Source: Balneolales bacterium (GTDB lineage: Bacteria > Bacteroidota > Rhodothermia > Balneolales > DATFMH01). Taken from it: DNA of 64,000 nt. Of the stretch, positions 48,368-58,965 are shown one piece after another; within the stretch, counting starts at the first letter, position 1, and each line of letters starts with the position of its first letter. The stretch spans positions 6,208 to 70,207 of the forward strand of contig DATFMH010000069.1 of the NCBI GenBank assembly GCA_035267045.1, given 5' to 3'. The notes under the pieces were generated by a model. The model saw only the letters and a list, made by a program, of their open reading frames with translations. It had not been told where the DNA came from and made no database searches. Made by a program: the position numbers and the translations under genes.

Positions 48368-49291
48368 TTAATTCACCGTTAGTTCCCTAAAAATATCTTC
48401 CAGGCTGGTTTTTATTGGTGTCATCTGCATTAACACCCAGTTTTTATCAACACATAACCTGAAAATATCTTCCTGAGGATTGATATCCGGTTTGGAGTCC
48501 ACATACCAGAAGTCATCCTCTTTATCTGCCGGCACCACTGATGCCACGCTCGAAAGTTTCAACAGAGAATCGCCCACTGAGTCTCCATTCTTTATCTGGA
48601 CAAGTATTCTGTCGCCTGTCGATGCACGGCGGCTTAATTCTTCTGTGGTTCCGTTTGCTACAAGTGTGCCCCTGTTAATTATCAGGATACGATCGCAGGT
48701 CATTTCGACCTCCTTCAGAATATGAGAACTAAGCATTACAGTCTTCTCACGTCCTATATCTTTGATCAATTGTCGTATCTCAACAATTTGATTCGGGTCC
48801 AACCCTGTTGTGGGCTCATCCAGAATTAATACATCCGGATCATGAATAAGTGCTTGTGCCAGTCCTACACGCTGTCGATAACCTTTAGACAACTCACCAA
48901 TGTTTTTATGCATCTCGTGACCCAATCCACAAATCTCAATCATTTTACGAATTCGCTGATCGATTTTATCGGAAGGAACACGTTGTAATTCGGCGGCATA
49001 TCGCAGGTAATCCACTATGCTCATATCGAGATAAAGGGGATTATTTTCGGGAAGGTACCCTATTCGTCGTCGAACTTCGTTGGCGTGTTGTGCAATGTTA
49101 TAACCGTCGAGTGATACGCTGCCCTGAGTGGGATTCAGGTAACAGGTGATGATTTTCATCGTGGTACTCTTCCCGGCGCCGTTCGGGCCCAGGAAACCAA
49201 GTATCTCACCGGTTTTAACTTCAAATGATATGTTATCTACCGCTTTCTGAGGACCATAAACTTTTGTCAAGTTCTCAACCGATATGGCCAT
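48368..49291 (-). CDS. gldA: GldA-like ABC transporter ATP-binding protein
   Basis: Walker A GPNGAGKST, signature LSKGYRQR, Walker B VLILDEP, plus a C-terminal extension typical of GldA-type ATPases. Confidence 0.8.
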   Translation of the reverse strand: MAISVENLTKVYGPQKAVDNISFEVKTGEILGFLGPNGAGKSTTMKIITCYLNPTQGSVSLDGYNIAQHANEVRRRIGYLPENNPLYLDMSIVDYLRYAAELQRVPSDKIDQRIRKMIEICGLGHEMHKNIGELSKGYRQRVGLAQALIHDPDVLILDEPTTGLDPNQIVEIRQLIKDIGREKTVMLSSHILKEVEMTCDRILIINRGTLVANGTTEELSRRASTGDRILVQIKNGDSVGDSLLKLSSVASVVPADKEDDFWYVDSKPDINPQEDIFRLCVDKNWVLMQMTPIKTSLEDIFRELTVN

Positions 49292-49514
49292 ATCATCAAA
49301 TTTTTAGATTCGAGTTCTATTGAAATATCACACATTAACCCGGATCGAACCTCACTTCAAACCAGGAATTTAATGTTCAATAACGCGTTATCTAACGGGA
49401 GGATAATTGTAAAATTGTATATGAATCCCATTTTTTTGAATTGACATTTTTTGCTTTTTCGTTTGACGGTTTTATAATGCTTTAGAATTATTAACTCAAC
49501 TTAATAAAGAAGGA

Positions 49515-50219
49515 ATGGCTGACAGTAAAAAAAGCAAACCCAAATTACCCCGGAAATCGAAGAAACAACTGGAACACGCACAGGAATTACTCGAAGCCCT
49601 TTATGAAGAATATCCGGGTGCTGAATGCGCTTTACATCATCGCAATGCCTTTGAATTATTGATTGCAACCATTTTAAGCGCCCAGTGTACCGATGAACGC
49701 GTCAATAAAGTGACCCCACAATTATTTAAAGATTATCCTTCGCCCGAGGCTTTTGCCGAAGCGGATATTCACGATATCGAAGAGGCCGTCAGATCAACGG
49801 GTTTTTATCGTAATAAAGCCAAATCCATTAAGACTTCTTCTCAAATCATTGTTGAGAAATTTGACAGTAAAGTCCCCGAAACGATGAAAGATCTATTGAG
49901 CCTGAGAGGTGTTGCCCGTAAAACAGCTAATGTGGTTCTAGGCAATGCCTACGGGAAAAATGTTGGGGTAGTGGTAGATACGCATGTGAAACGACTTTCC
50001 AACCGATTTGGTTTAACTAAACATAAAAACACGGATAAAATAGAAAAGGACCTGATGGCGTTGTTCCCACAGGAACATTGGACTAATTTGGCGCATCTGC
50101 TAATTCAGCATGGCCGAAATGCCTGTAAAGCCAGGATGTCATCAGCACCTGACCACCCGGTCTGTAACAAGTTCGGTGTCAATTGTGAATATTGTAAAAA
50201 TAAAGAGAGACAGGAATAA
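49515..50219 (+). CDS. nth: endonuclease III (HhH-GPD DNA glycosylase/AP lyase)
   Basis: FELLIATILSAQCTD, HhH LRGVARKTANVVL, VDTHV, and a four-cysteine C-terminus with atypical spacing. Confidence 0.88.
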   Translation: MADSKKSKPKLPRKSKKQLEHAQELLEALYEEYPGAECALHHRNAFELLIATILSAQCTDERVNKVTPQLFKDYPSPEAFAEADIHDIEEAVRSTGFYRNKAKSIKTSSQIIVEKFDSKVPETMKDLLSLRGVARKTANVVLGNAYGKNVGVVVDTHVKRLSNRFGLTKHKNTDKIEKDLMALFPQEHWTNLAHLLIQHGRNACKARMSSAPDHPVCNKFGVNCEYCKNKERQE

Positions 50220-50225
50220 ATATAA

Positions 50226-51479
50226 ATGAGCGATTTAATTTTTAATTCTGTGAATACACCGATTCCGGGCCTTCGGAATGACCTGGATATCATGCCTATT
50301 CAACATGAGGGAGCAGAGTATCTTTATTTTTATGATATGCTGGGATATACTCCGGACAACTTTGTCCTGAAACGAGAGACATCATATTTCCTTTCAATGT
50401 TCGATGGGGAAAAAAGTGTGACCGATATTATTCACCAAATACCCCAAAATGGTGATTCGATAAGAAAACACGATCTACTCGATTTTATTCAATTTTTGGA
50501 CAGTAACCTTTTGCTCAGGTCGGACCACTTCAAAGCTTTTTCTAATGAAAGAGAACTGAAATTTGAAGAAAGTGATGTACGTCCACCAAGTTGCGCCGGG
50601 GGATCTTACCCGGCTGATCCCGTGGAGCTAAGAGCAATGCTTGAAGAACATTTTTCAAAGTTAGATTCTGCCGAACCCGTTGACAATATCAAAGCACTGT
50701 ATGCGCCACATATCGATCCTCGTGTGGGATTGAAAAGCTATATCAAAGCTTTTGCACCTTTAAAGAATGTTCAACCCAAACGGGTTGTTTTGATTGCTAC
50801 TTCTCATTACGCCGGACTTTATGGATCTATTTATCAAAACAAACCCTTCATCGGCAGTCATAAACATTTTGAAACGCCGCTCGGACGTATTCCAAATGAC
50901 CGAGAAGGTATGGAGCTCATCAGAAACAATGCCTCAGAATTTGGTGTCTCATTACAGGACAGAGCTCATCGTATAGAACACAGTATTGAATTGCATCTGA
51001 TCTTTCTACAATATTTATGGGAACATGATTTTACGCTGTTACCTATTTTAGCGGGCAGTTTTGATGAGCTTTTATATTTGGATAATGGCCACACTGCAAA
51101 AAAAATTGATAATATGACGGATTTTCTAAGAAACACATATGGCTCCGACGATGAGACGTTGTTCCTTATCAGTGGAGATCTCGCCCATTTTGGAAAAAAA
51201 TTCGGAGACCCTCAACCGGCAAGTAACTATTTTGAAGAAGTCCAAAAGTTTGACCAACAGTTCCTTGATAAGGCTACTAAAGCAGCTCCTGATCAGATTA
51301 TTCATCTAATGCGAAATTCCATGGACCGCTATCGTATTTGCGGATTTCCACCGTTGTTAACATTCTTGAAATCTATCCCAAATGTGAAAGGGAAAGTCTT
51401 ATCATACGATCTATGGGATGAAACGGAACGGGATAGTGCCGTAACATTTGGTTCGGTTTTGTATACCACAATTCAATGA
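50226..51479 (+). CDS. MEMO1 / AmmeMemoRadiSam system protein B-like enzyme with ~120-aa N-terminal extension
   Basis: The MEMO core starts at VRPPSCAGGSYPADPVELRAML, then YAPHIDPRVG and SGDLAHFGKKFGD. Residues 1-118 are additional. Confidence 0.7.
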   Translation: MSDLIFNSVNTPIPGLRNDLDIMPIQHEGAEYLYFYDMLGYTPDNFVLKRETSYFLSMFDGEKSVTDIIHQIPQNGDSIRKHDLLDFIQFLDSNLLLRSDHFKAFSNERELKFEESDVRPPSCAGGSYPADPVELRAMLEEHFSKLDSAEPVDNIKALYAPHIDPRVGLKSYIKAFAPLKNVQPKRVVLIATSHYAGLYGSIYQNKPFIGSHKHFETPLGRIPNDREGMELIRNNASEFGVSLQDRAHRIEHSIELHLIFLQYLWEHDFTLLPILAGSFDELLYLDNGHTAKKIDNMTDFLRNTYGSDDETLFLISGDLAHFGKKFGDPQPASNYFEEVQKFDQQFLDKATKAAPDQIIHLMRNSMDRYRICGFPPLLTFLKSIPNVKGKVLSYDLWDETERDSAVTFGSVLYTTIQ

Positions 51480-51534
51480 TCAATTAACAATTATCAGTAA
51501 ACAATGTGTTGATTCATAAATAAGGTTGACAGAA

Positions 51535-51948
51535 TTAATTAAGTATTAATTGTTTGGAACCGGTTAACCGGTTCCAAACAGGTTCAAAATAATCAGAATA
51601 CTTTCCTTTTTCTAATTCTTTACTAAATTGATCCGGACTTAAATGATCTGGAAGCACATGGTGAGGTTTTTCACTGTTATAAGCATGTACCGCCCGTTTT
51701 ACCTCCCGGACTAACTCCCGTTTCGTGGTAATGGTGCGATGATCCAGATAATTGCGTTTCATCGTTCGATTAATCCGCTCGCAATAGGCATTCTCCCAGG
51801 CATGGCCCGAATAACTATGGCGCATACCATGCTCCTGCAAATACGCGTCAAAGACTTCGCCCAGGTATTGGGTGTTAATGCCTGTGATGGTTCCTGTCAA
51901 GTAAAAAATGATCTTTATCTCGTTACTTTCCTGTGGGGTGTAACGCAC
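51535..51948 (-). mobile_element. 5'-truncated rve-domain (IS3/IS481-type) transposase fragment
   Basis: Only the C-terminal part of an integrase core is present (SGHAWENAYCERINRTMKRNYL...AVHAYNSEKPHHVL...SPDQF). The upstream DD residues, N-terminal HTH and terminal inverted repeats are all missing. Confidence 0.7.
51551..51580. repeat. perfect 30-nt palindrome
   Basis: tgtttggaaccggtt|aaccggttccaaaca, 72 nt after the stop of the MEMO-like gene and inside the 3' end of the transposase fragment. Confidence 0.9.
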
Positions 51949-52077
51949 AATTGGACGCTCTGCGTCCTGTAATATTTAAAATGGTATAAATGGACAAAAT
52001 GTGCCCCAGCCGTATGTTGCCAGGCACAGCCTCATAACGAGATCCATTGTTCATTGCTAATTGATCATTGATCACTG

Positions 52078-52419
52078 TTATTTGTCCCACTTGGCTATTT
52101 CCATTTTCTCGGCAAAATAATCACAGAAATCTCTCATATCCCCTACAATTCGGTCATCATTGATGGATTTTTCGAGTGTATCCGACATGCCTACCAAAAC
52201 CTGATGAAAGAAAATTTTCATCTCATCCTGTACCATATCACGAGTCCATAAATCGAGGCGGAGTGTATTCTTGTGTTCGTGATCCCACAATGAAAGAATC
52301 ATGGATTTACAAGGAATGGGTGTGTCTTCACCGGAGTCGTCGGCATCCCATTCTATGTTTTTGGGAACATTCTCATCATCAAGTTCTACTGTGATCTTTA
52401 TCTCTTTTTTTGTCGACAT
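52078..52419 (-). CDS. gldC: GldC-like protein
   Basis: 113 aa. The segment SLWDHEHKNTLRLDLWTRDMVQDEMKIFFHQVLVGMSDTL...MRDFCDYFAEKMEI matches my recollection of Flavobacterium GldC. Confidence 0.65.
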   Translation of the reverse strand: MSTKKEIKITVELDDENVPKNIEWDADDSGEDTPIPCKSMILSLWDHEHKNTLRLDLWTRDMVQDEMKIFFHQVLVGMSDTLEKSINDDRIVGDMRDFCDYFAEKMEIAKWDK

Positions 52420-52509
52420 ACCACTTATTCTTTACTAATTATGTTATTTAAAATCTTGTTGCTATTAGCTTAGATTCAATCCCGGTATAATACCTTCCCG
52501 GATTGATGT

Positions 52510-53520
52510 TTACGGTGCGCAAAAACGGCGCAATTTATCCAGGACATTTCTGAAATCGCCGGGTAACTCGGAATTAAATTCCATAAACTCATTTGTTACA
52601 GGATGTTTAAAGCCCAATACTTTAGCATGAAGGCACTGGCGGTCGAGTTTCTTAAATAAATTATCGAACATTTTCTTTCTCTGACCGGTATTGGAACCAT
52701 ACCTGACCGAACGGCCGCCATACGTTGGATCCCCGAATACCGGATGCCCGAGATGAGAGAAATGAACGCGAATTTGATGAGTCCTGCCTGTTTCAAGTTG
52801 TACTTCAACCAGCGACAAATAATCAAAATATTCAATAATTTTGTAATGTGTCACAGCCGGTTTCCCGCGTGATTCCTCAACCACGGTCATTTTTTTTCGG
52901 TCTTTTCTTGACCGGCCGATATTACCCGTAATGGTTCCCTCTTTCTCGGGTGTACCCCAAACTAAAGCGTAATAACGCCGTTTTATATCGTGTTCGGCAA
53001 ATAGACCCGATAAGTCACTAAGAACTTGCTCCTTTTTGGCAACAACCAATAACCCGCTTGTATCTTTATCCAACCGGTGCACAATGCCGGGACGTACGAC
53101 ATCTTCGTCATCACTATCCGGTAAATCGTTCACATGGTGTAAAAGACCATTAACCATTGTTCCCGTCCAGTTGCCAAAAGCGGGGTGGACAACCATGCCC
53201 GGCTCTTTATTTACGATCAGCAGGTATTCATCTTCATAAATTATGTTTAGTGGAATATCTTCCGGTTCTGCTTCGGGCGGTGGTGGCTTCGGCAAAGTAA
53301 TATCAATCACATCACCGGCCTGCACTTTATACGAGGACTTCTCTTTTTTACCATTAACCAGAACATACCCATCCTTGATGCCAACCTGAACCTTATTCCT
53401 GGTTGCATTCTCAATGAACAATGTTATGTACTTATCCAGCCGCACCTGTTCTTTTTGTCCGGGTGCCACCTTCAACTGTATCCTGGTAACTTCTTCTGTA
53501 TTTGACTGTTTTTGATTCAT
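52510..53520 (-). CDS. rluD: RluA-family 23S rRNA pseudouridine synthase (RluD-like, S4 domain)
   Basis: S4-like N-terminus, catalytic HRLDKDTSGLLVVAK, and GRTHQIRVH. Confidence 0.85.
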   Translation of the reverse strand: MNQKQSNTEEVTRIQLKVAPGQKEQVRLDKYITLFIENATRNKVQVGIKDGYVLVNGKKEKSSYKVQAGDVIDITLPKPPPPEAEPEDIPLNIIYEDEYLLIVNKEPGMVVHPAFGNWTGTMVNGLLHHVNDLPDSDDEDVVRPGIVHRLDKDTSGLLVVAKKEQVLSDLSGLFAEHDIKRRYYALVWGTPEKEGTITGNIGRSRKDRKKMTVVEESRGKPAVTHYKIIEYFDYLSLVEVQLETGRTHQIRVHFSHLGHPVFGDPTYGGRSVRYGSNTGQRKKMFDNLFKKLDRQCLHAKVLGFKHPVTNEFMEFNSELPGDFRNVLDKLRRFCAP

Positions 53521-53621
53521 CCCAAAAATTAATAACCTGATATCTCCTTAAATCAGAGATCAAAACTATATCTCAATATCTATTTAAAAACACAGTATTT
53601 CCGTATTTATTATTCGAGAGA

Positions 53622-56006
53622 TTATCGTTTCTTTACCATACTGTTGGTAAAGGTATATTTCATAGCCTGATCAATCGTATCTACCGGTATGATTTCCAAC
53701 CCTTCCATTACCTTATCAGGTATTTCAATAAGATCCCGTTCATTATCTTTTGGGATAAGTACCGTTTTTAGCTTATTTCTCTGAGCAGCCAATAATTTTT
53801 CATTTAATCCGCCAATCGGGTAAACTTCTCCACGCAGCGTTATCTCGCCGGTCATTGCAATATCGTGCTTTACAGGACGATTCGTCAGTAACGAAATCAT
53901 GGCTATTGTCATGGCCAGTCCGGCACTGGGACCATCTTTGGGAATAGCTCCTTCAGGCAGGTGAATATGCAACTCGTTTTTTTCAAAAAAATCACCTTCT
54001 ACACCTAACCGGTCGCTATTAGAACGGATATAAGTCAAAGCAGCCTGAGCCGATTCTTTCATGACATCTCCTAACTGTCCGGTCAGGAGAAATTTGTTTT
54101 TGCCCTGCATTTTGGCCACATCAATTTGCAGAATAGTACCACCGGTGCTTGTCCAGGCCAATCCATTTACGGATCCGGTTTTATCACGCTTATCCAAATC
54201 ACGGTCGCGATACTTTTCGACACCTAACAATTCGTGGAGCTTATTAACATTTATAGTCGCACGTGTTAGTTTTTTCCCCGTTGTTTTACGCTCTACAACC
54301 TGCCGGGCAACTTTCCTGCATACAGATGCAATTTGCTGTTCTAGAGAACGAACGCCGGCTTCTGCTGTATACTTTCTTATAATTTCGAGGATGGCCTCAT
54401 CCCTGAACTTAACCCTCGAAGGTAACAGGCCATGTGTTTTTAATTGCTTCGGAATGAGGTGCCTTTTAGCAATCTCAAGTTTTTCATGCTCCAGATATCC
54501 CGGAAGATTGATGATCTCCATCCGGTCCAGTAACGGCGGTTGTATCTGACTGGCAACATTGGCCGTTGTTATAAACATGACCTGAGAAAGATCAAAATCC
54601 AGATCCAGGTAATTGTCATTGAAAGCGTAATTTTGCTCCGGATCAAGCACTTCGAGTATAGCTGACGAGGGATCGCCCCGAAAATCCTGGCCGACCTTAT
54701 CAATTTCATCGAGTATTATAACAGGATTCATGGTTCCGGCTTTTCTGACAGCCTGCACAATGCGACCCGGCATAGAACCGATGTAGGTTTTACGATGGCC
54801 CCGTATTTCCGCTTCATCATGAATTCCACCCAACGAAATTCGAATCATTTTCCTTCCGATGGCATCAGCAATAGCCTTGGCCAGAGACGTTTTGCCTGTA
54901 CCCGGAGGGCCTACAAAACACAATATTTGTCCCCGCATTCTTTTAACAAGATTCAATACGGCAATATGCTCCAATATGCGCCCTTTAGGCTTCTCCAGCC
55001 CGTAATGCCCCTGATCCAATTCCTGTTCAACTAATTTCATGTCCAGACGATCTTCTGAAAAGGTACCCCAGGGGATATACGTTAACCAATCGAGGTAATT
55101 ACGCGAAACCGTATATTCAGGCGACATCGTGGGGGTTTTTCTAAGCCTGTCAAGTTCTTCGTATGCTTTTTTGCGGGCCTGATCGGGCATATCCATACTA
55201 TCAACCCGATCTTTTATCTTGGCTAATTCCGGATCCGCAAATTCATCTTCTTCCAGTTCCTGCTGTAGAACTTTAATCTGTTCCTGAATAAAATATTTCC
55301 GCTGACTTTCCTGTATTTCCTCCTGAACCTTCTCGCTAATTTCCTGCGAAACGGCCAGCATTTCCAGTTCAGCTGTAAGAATGGTTAAGAATTTTGTGTA
55401 TTGTTCGGTTATGCCTGTCAATTCCAGGAGTTCTTGTTTCTGCTCCAGCTCGAGTTCAACGTAAGACGACATGAAGAACAGCAGTTGTTCGGGATCATCA
55501 TATTGTTCATATCCCAACAAAATCTCTTCCGGCAGATCCTGATTGATCAATACATATTTCTCGAACCGTTCCCTGCTTTTTTTAATTAAGGCCTTAAGCT
55601 TCTTTTTATTTTTGACTTTCTTTTTATTGATTAGTTCCACCCGTGCCTTTAAATACGGCTCATCCGCAACCACTTCATCGACTCTCGCCGTAGCCACACC
55701 ACTTACCAGCACTTTTAACAGGTTATTCGGCAGGGTCAGTACCTGTACGATTTTAGCAAGAGTCCCAACTGAATAAATATCTTCAAAATCCGGTTCATCA
55801 AATTCCGGCTCTTTCTGTGCGCATAAAAGCACCAGTGTATCTTTTTTTCTTGCTTCCTTAATAGCCGCAAGAGACCCCGTTCTGCCAACCAGAACCGGGA
55901 ACATGGTATTCGGAAATATAATTGTATCACGTAAAGGTATGACGGGCAGTTCACCCGGCAGACTTTCAAGTTGCTTACTCACCTCAGTATTTTCGATTTT
56001 ACTCAT
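53622..56006 (-). CDS. lon: ATP-dependent Lon protease (endopeptidase La)
   Basis: LON N-domain, Walker [10 protein letters not shown], and protease motif [10 protein letters not shown] with a downstream K. Confidence 0.93.
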   Translation of the reverse strand: MSKIENTEVSKQLESLPGELPVIPLRDTIIFPNTMFPVLVGRTGSLAAIKEARKKDTLVLLCAQKEPEFDEPDFEDIYSVGTLAKIVQVLTLPNNLLKVLVSGVATARVDEVVADEPYLKARVELINKKKVKNKKKLKALIKKSRERFEKYVLINQDLPEEILLGYEQYDDPEQLLFFMSSYVELELEQKQELLELTGITEQYTKFLTILTAELEMLAVSQEISEKVQEEIQESQRKYFIQEQIKVLQQELEEDEFADPELAKIKDRVDSMDMPDQARKKAYEELDRLRKTPTMSPEYTVSRNYLDWLTYIPWGTFSEDRLDMKLVEQELDQGHYGLEKPKGRILEHIAVLNLVKRMRGQILCFVGPPGTGKTSLAKAIADAIGRKMIRISLGGIHDEAEIRGHRKTYIGSMPGRIVQAVRKAGTMNPVIILDEIDKVGQDFRGDPSSAILEVLDPEQNYAFNDNYLDLDFDLSQVMFITTANVASQIQPPLLDRMEIINLPGYLEHEKLEIAKRHLIPKQLKTHGLLPSRVKFRDEAILEIIRKYTAEAGVRSLEQQIASVCRKVARQVVERKTTGKKLTRATINVNKLHELLGVEKYRDRDLDKRDKTGSVNGLAWTSTGGTILQIDVAKMQGKNKFLLTGQLGDVMKESAQAALTYIRSNSDRLGVEGDFFEKNELHIHLPEGAIPKDGPSAGLAMTIAMISLLTNRPVKHDIAMTGEITLRGEVYPIGGLNEKLLAAQRNKLKTVLIPKDNERDLIEIPDKVMEGLEIIPVDTIDQAMKYTFTNSMVKKR

Positions 56007-56293
56007 CTACTAAATGTAAATTTTATATATTTAAAATTTGGTCTTGCGCGTTTCAAATGGAAGCCGTTACTATACTTAACCGGTAAACTTTTCAAGATAC
56101 GGATTTTTATACTCAATCTTAATTCAAAGTCTTATGAACTTTTCCGGATCCGTTTTATAATAGGAAGTAATGTGTTTGAAATGGGAATATACTTTCCGTT
56201 GTAAATACCTTATTTTATTGCTCAAAATATATTTTCTTGGTGTACTGTATAATAAATATTCAATAAGTTCAACTCCACAAATTCGACAAAAAT

Positions 56294-57994
56294 TTGATAG
56301 AATCACTGTACATAAAAGATTTCGCCCTGATCGATGAATTGGAAGTTCAGTTCGAAGAGGGATTCAATGTGTTGACCGGTCAGACGGGAGCCGGGAAATC
56401 TATTATTATCGGAGCTTTGAACATGATACTCGGTGAACGGGCCGATACCGAGGTTATCCGGCAGGGTGCTAACAAAGCCATTGCGGAAGCCATCATCAGG
56501 ATTGGCCGCAGCAATGGTATTAAGGATATTTTACAGGATAACGAAGTCGAAGAACGCGACCCGCTCATCCTCAGGCGTGAAATACGTACTTCCGGAAGCA
56601 GGGCTTTTATAAATGACACCCCCGTCACTATTTCCGTGTTACGAGAGGTAGGCAACCACCTGGTGGATTTGCATGGACAACACGACCATCAATTATTGCT
56701 TCGTGATGAAAATCACCTTAATGTACTCGATAGTTTTGGCCACATACAAACGGCTTTGAATGAGTATAGAAATGCCTACGAAAACGTTCGGGATTTGAAA
56801 CAAGAACTTAGTACCCTGAAAAAAAGGGAACGTGAGCTTCAGGAAAAGATGGAACTGTATCGTTTCCAGTTAAAAGAAATAGAGCAGGCCAAATTGGATC
56901 CGGATGAGGAAGAGTTACTTGATACGGAAATGCACCGCCTCGATAACGCTGAAGTGTTGGATCAAAAAGCAACAATGATTCTTGATATCGGATCGGAGGG
57001 CGAGGTTAATATCATGGATATGCTGCACTCCGTTAAAAGTGCCCTTCGGGATATCGCCGGCCTTGATGCTGATTTTGAAAACTATTTGGCCGAATTGGAT
57101 AGTGCCCGAATCAGTATTGATGAAATGCTTCGTTTCACGGATCGCTATCGATCACAAATTGAATTTAATCCTCAGCGTCTTGAATATTTGCGTCAGAGGA
57201 AGAATGATCTGAATCGATTGAAAAAGAAGTATGTCCGTACTATTTCTGAACTGATAGAATATCAAAAGGAGTTAGAAGAGAATTTAAACCTGGCTGAAAA
57301 TTTTGATATTGAAATCGAGCGATTGGAAAAGAAGTTACAGGAAATAGCAGAAGTACTAAAACAAAAAGCTTTGATACTACGGGATAAGAGAACGGAAGCC
57401 GGTCAACATCTTTCTGAAATGATTGAAAGTGAATTAGGGAAACTGGGAATACCACATTCCCGGTTTGAGACAAGAATAGGGGTAGAAAAAGATAATAACG
57501 GCTGGATTGATTTTGATGGAGATAAGGTAAAATGTACCATAGATGGAATGGATACCATTTCTTTTTACATTTCTACTAACAGAGGTGAAAATCCTAAGCC
57601 ATTATCAAAAATAGCATCAGGCGGTGAAGTAAGTCGTGTAATGTTGGCGATGAAATCAATAATTGCGAGGGAACAAAGTCTGCCTGTTATGGTATTTGAC
57701 GAAATAGATACGGGTATCAGTGGTATTATATCGGAAAAAGTGGGAAGATCGATTCATTCATTAGCCGATCATTGTCAGATTATAGCTATAACGCATCAAC
57801 CACAGATTGCAAGCCAGGCAAATAAACACTACAGGGTTGAGAAATGGGAAAACAACGGCAGAACGGTAACACGGATACAACCATTAACAGAGGATGAGCA
57901 TATTCATGAAATCGCCTCATTGATGAGTGGTTCGGAAGTCACAGAAGCGGCAGTGGCAAGTGCAAGGGAATTAATAACAAAAGCAAAAAATTAA
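56294..57994 (+). CDS. recN: DNA repair protein RecN
   Basis: TTG start. Walker A GQTGAGKS, a long coiled-coil middle, the ASGGEVSRVMLA signature and MVFDEIDTG. Confidence 0.9.
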   Translation: MIESLYIKDFALIDELEVQFEEGFNVLTGQTGAGKSIIIGALNMILGERADTEVIRQGANKAIAEAIIRIGRSNGIKDILQDNEVEERDPLILRREIRTSGSRAFINDTPVTISVLREVGNHLVDLHGQHDHQLLLRDENHLNVLDSFGHIQTALNEYRNAYENVRDLKQELSTLKKRERELQEKMELYRFQLKEIEQAKLDPDEEELLDTEMHRLDNAEVLDQKATMILDIGSEGEVNIMDMLHSVKSALRDIAGLDADFENYLAELDSARISIDEMLRFTDRYRSQIEFNPQRLEYLRQRKNDLNRLKKKYVRTISELIEYQKELEENLNLAENFDIEIERLEKKLQEIAEVLKQKALILRDKRTEAGQHLSEMIESELGKLGIPHSRFETRIGVEKDNNGWIDFDGDKVKCTIDGMDTISFYISTNRGENPKPLSKIASGGEVSRVMLAMKSIIAREQSLPVMVFDEIDTGISGIISEKVGRSIHSLADHCQIIAITHQPQIASQANKHYRVEKWENNGRTVTRIQPLTEDEHIHEIASLMSGSEVTEAAVASARELITKAKN

Positions 57995-58136
57995 CTCTGG
58001 CTAATAATGGGTAGTCAAAAAAGGAATGATTTTATTTTTAAATATAAGATTTGCTATCACTGAGAAATAAACATATCGTTATATCTTTTAAAAATAATTC
58101 AGCAAACGAAGGGATTTCTTTTAAAACAAGATAAAA

Positions 58137-58814
58137 ATGATTCATAAATTACTGTTTAGCAATAACTTAAATAACAAAGACATAGCTATTGGTATTGTTA
58201 TAGCACGTGAAATAAACATCAATCAACCATTACCATTTCTTGAGTCGAAGCTTCGTTTTTTATTGGAAGAACGACAAAATGAATTAAACGAAAGGGAAGA
58301 AAATTTCCGGTTGGAATCCCGGAATATGCTGAGAAACGGTGATTACAAACCAACAGGCCGTGGAAAACCTGCATCCGAATACTTATTAAGAGCGGCACAA
58401 GAAGGTAATTTCCCCCGCATTAACACGGTCGTTGATATTAACAACTATATCTCACTTAGATATATGGTACCCATATCATTATGGGACCTAGACAGCGCAG
58501 CTTCCACACAATATATTTTTCGACTCGGTAAAGAAAACGAAAACTTTATTTTTAATGAAAGCGAACAAAAAATTGAATTAAAGGATCTGGTGACGGGTTA
58601 TAAAGTGGACAGGTATAAAGAAATTCCTATCATCAATCCGATTAAAGATTCGCTGAAAACAAAGACGACAACCTCAACCCGTAATATTGGTGCTGCCATT
58701 TATTATCCTTTGAAAGCCGGAACCAAAGATTATCTGAGAGAAGAGGTTATCTGGGAATTTTCTACACTGCTGGAAGGGATCAGCGAAAAGAAACCGGAGT
58801 ATGACATTATATAA
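58137..58814 (+). CDS. B3/B4 tRNA-binding domain protein (PheT-related, COG3382-like)
   Basis: KPASEYLLRAAQEGNFPRINTVVDINNYISLRYMVPISLWDLD matches the B3/4 domain pattern. Confidence 0.65.
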   Translation: MIHKLLFSNNLNNKDIAIGIVIAREININQPLPFLESKLRFLLEERQNELNEREENFRLESRNMLRNGDYKPTGRGKPASEYLLRAAQEGNFPRINTVVDINNYISLRYMVPISLWDLDSAASTQYIFRLGKENENFIFNESEQKIELKDLVTGYKVDRYKEIPIINPIKDSLKTKTTTSTRNIGAAIYYPLKAGTKDYLREEVIWEFSTLLEGISEKKPEYDII

Positions 58815-58965
58815 TTAGAATACAGAATGAGAGTACTTAGAGTTTCAATGAAGAACTAGTGTTGAAAGCTTCGTGCTTAATGGTTCTCATCTCTAATATC
58901 TTTGTCCTTTTTCTCTTGTGGTTACTTTTTTTGTGAAAATCCACCAAATCCATGTCATCCACATT

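Noticed and set aside
54061-54549. 162-aa ORF antisense to lon. Similar long antisense or out-of-frame ORFs occur at 598..1056, 4166..4600, 6097..6444, 8619..8978, 30505..30882 and 35389..35739.
   Set aside because: Each lies entirely inside a well-supported gene with strong family motifs. The translations are low-complexity or Cys/Ser/Arg-rich with no recognisable motifs, which is typical of shadow ORFs.
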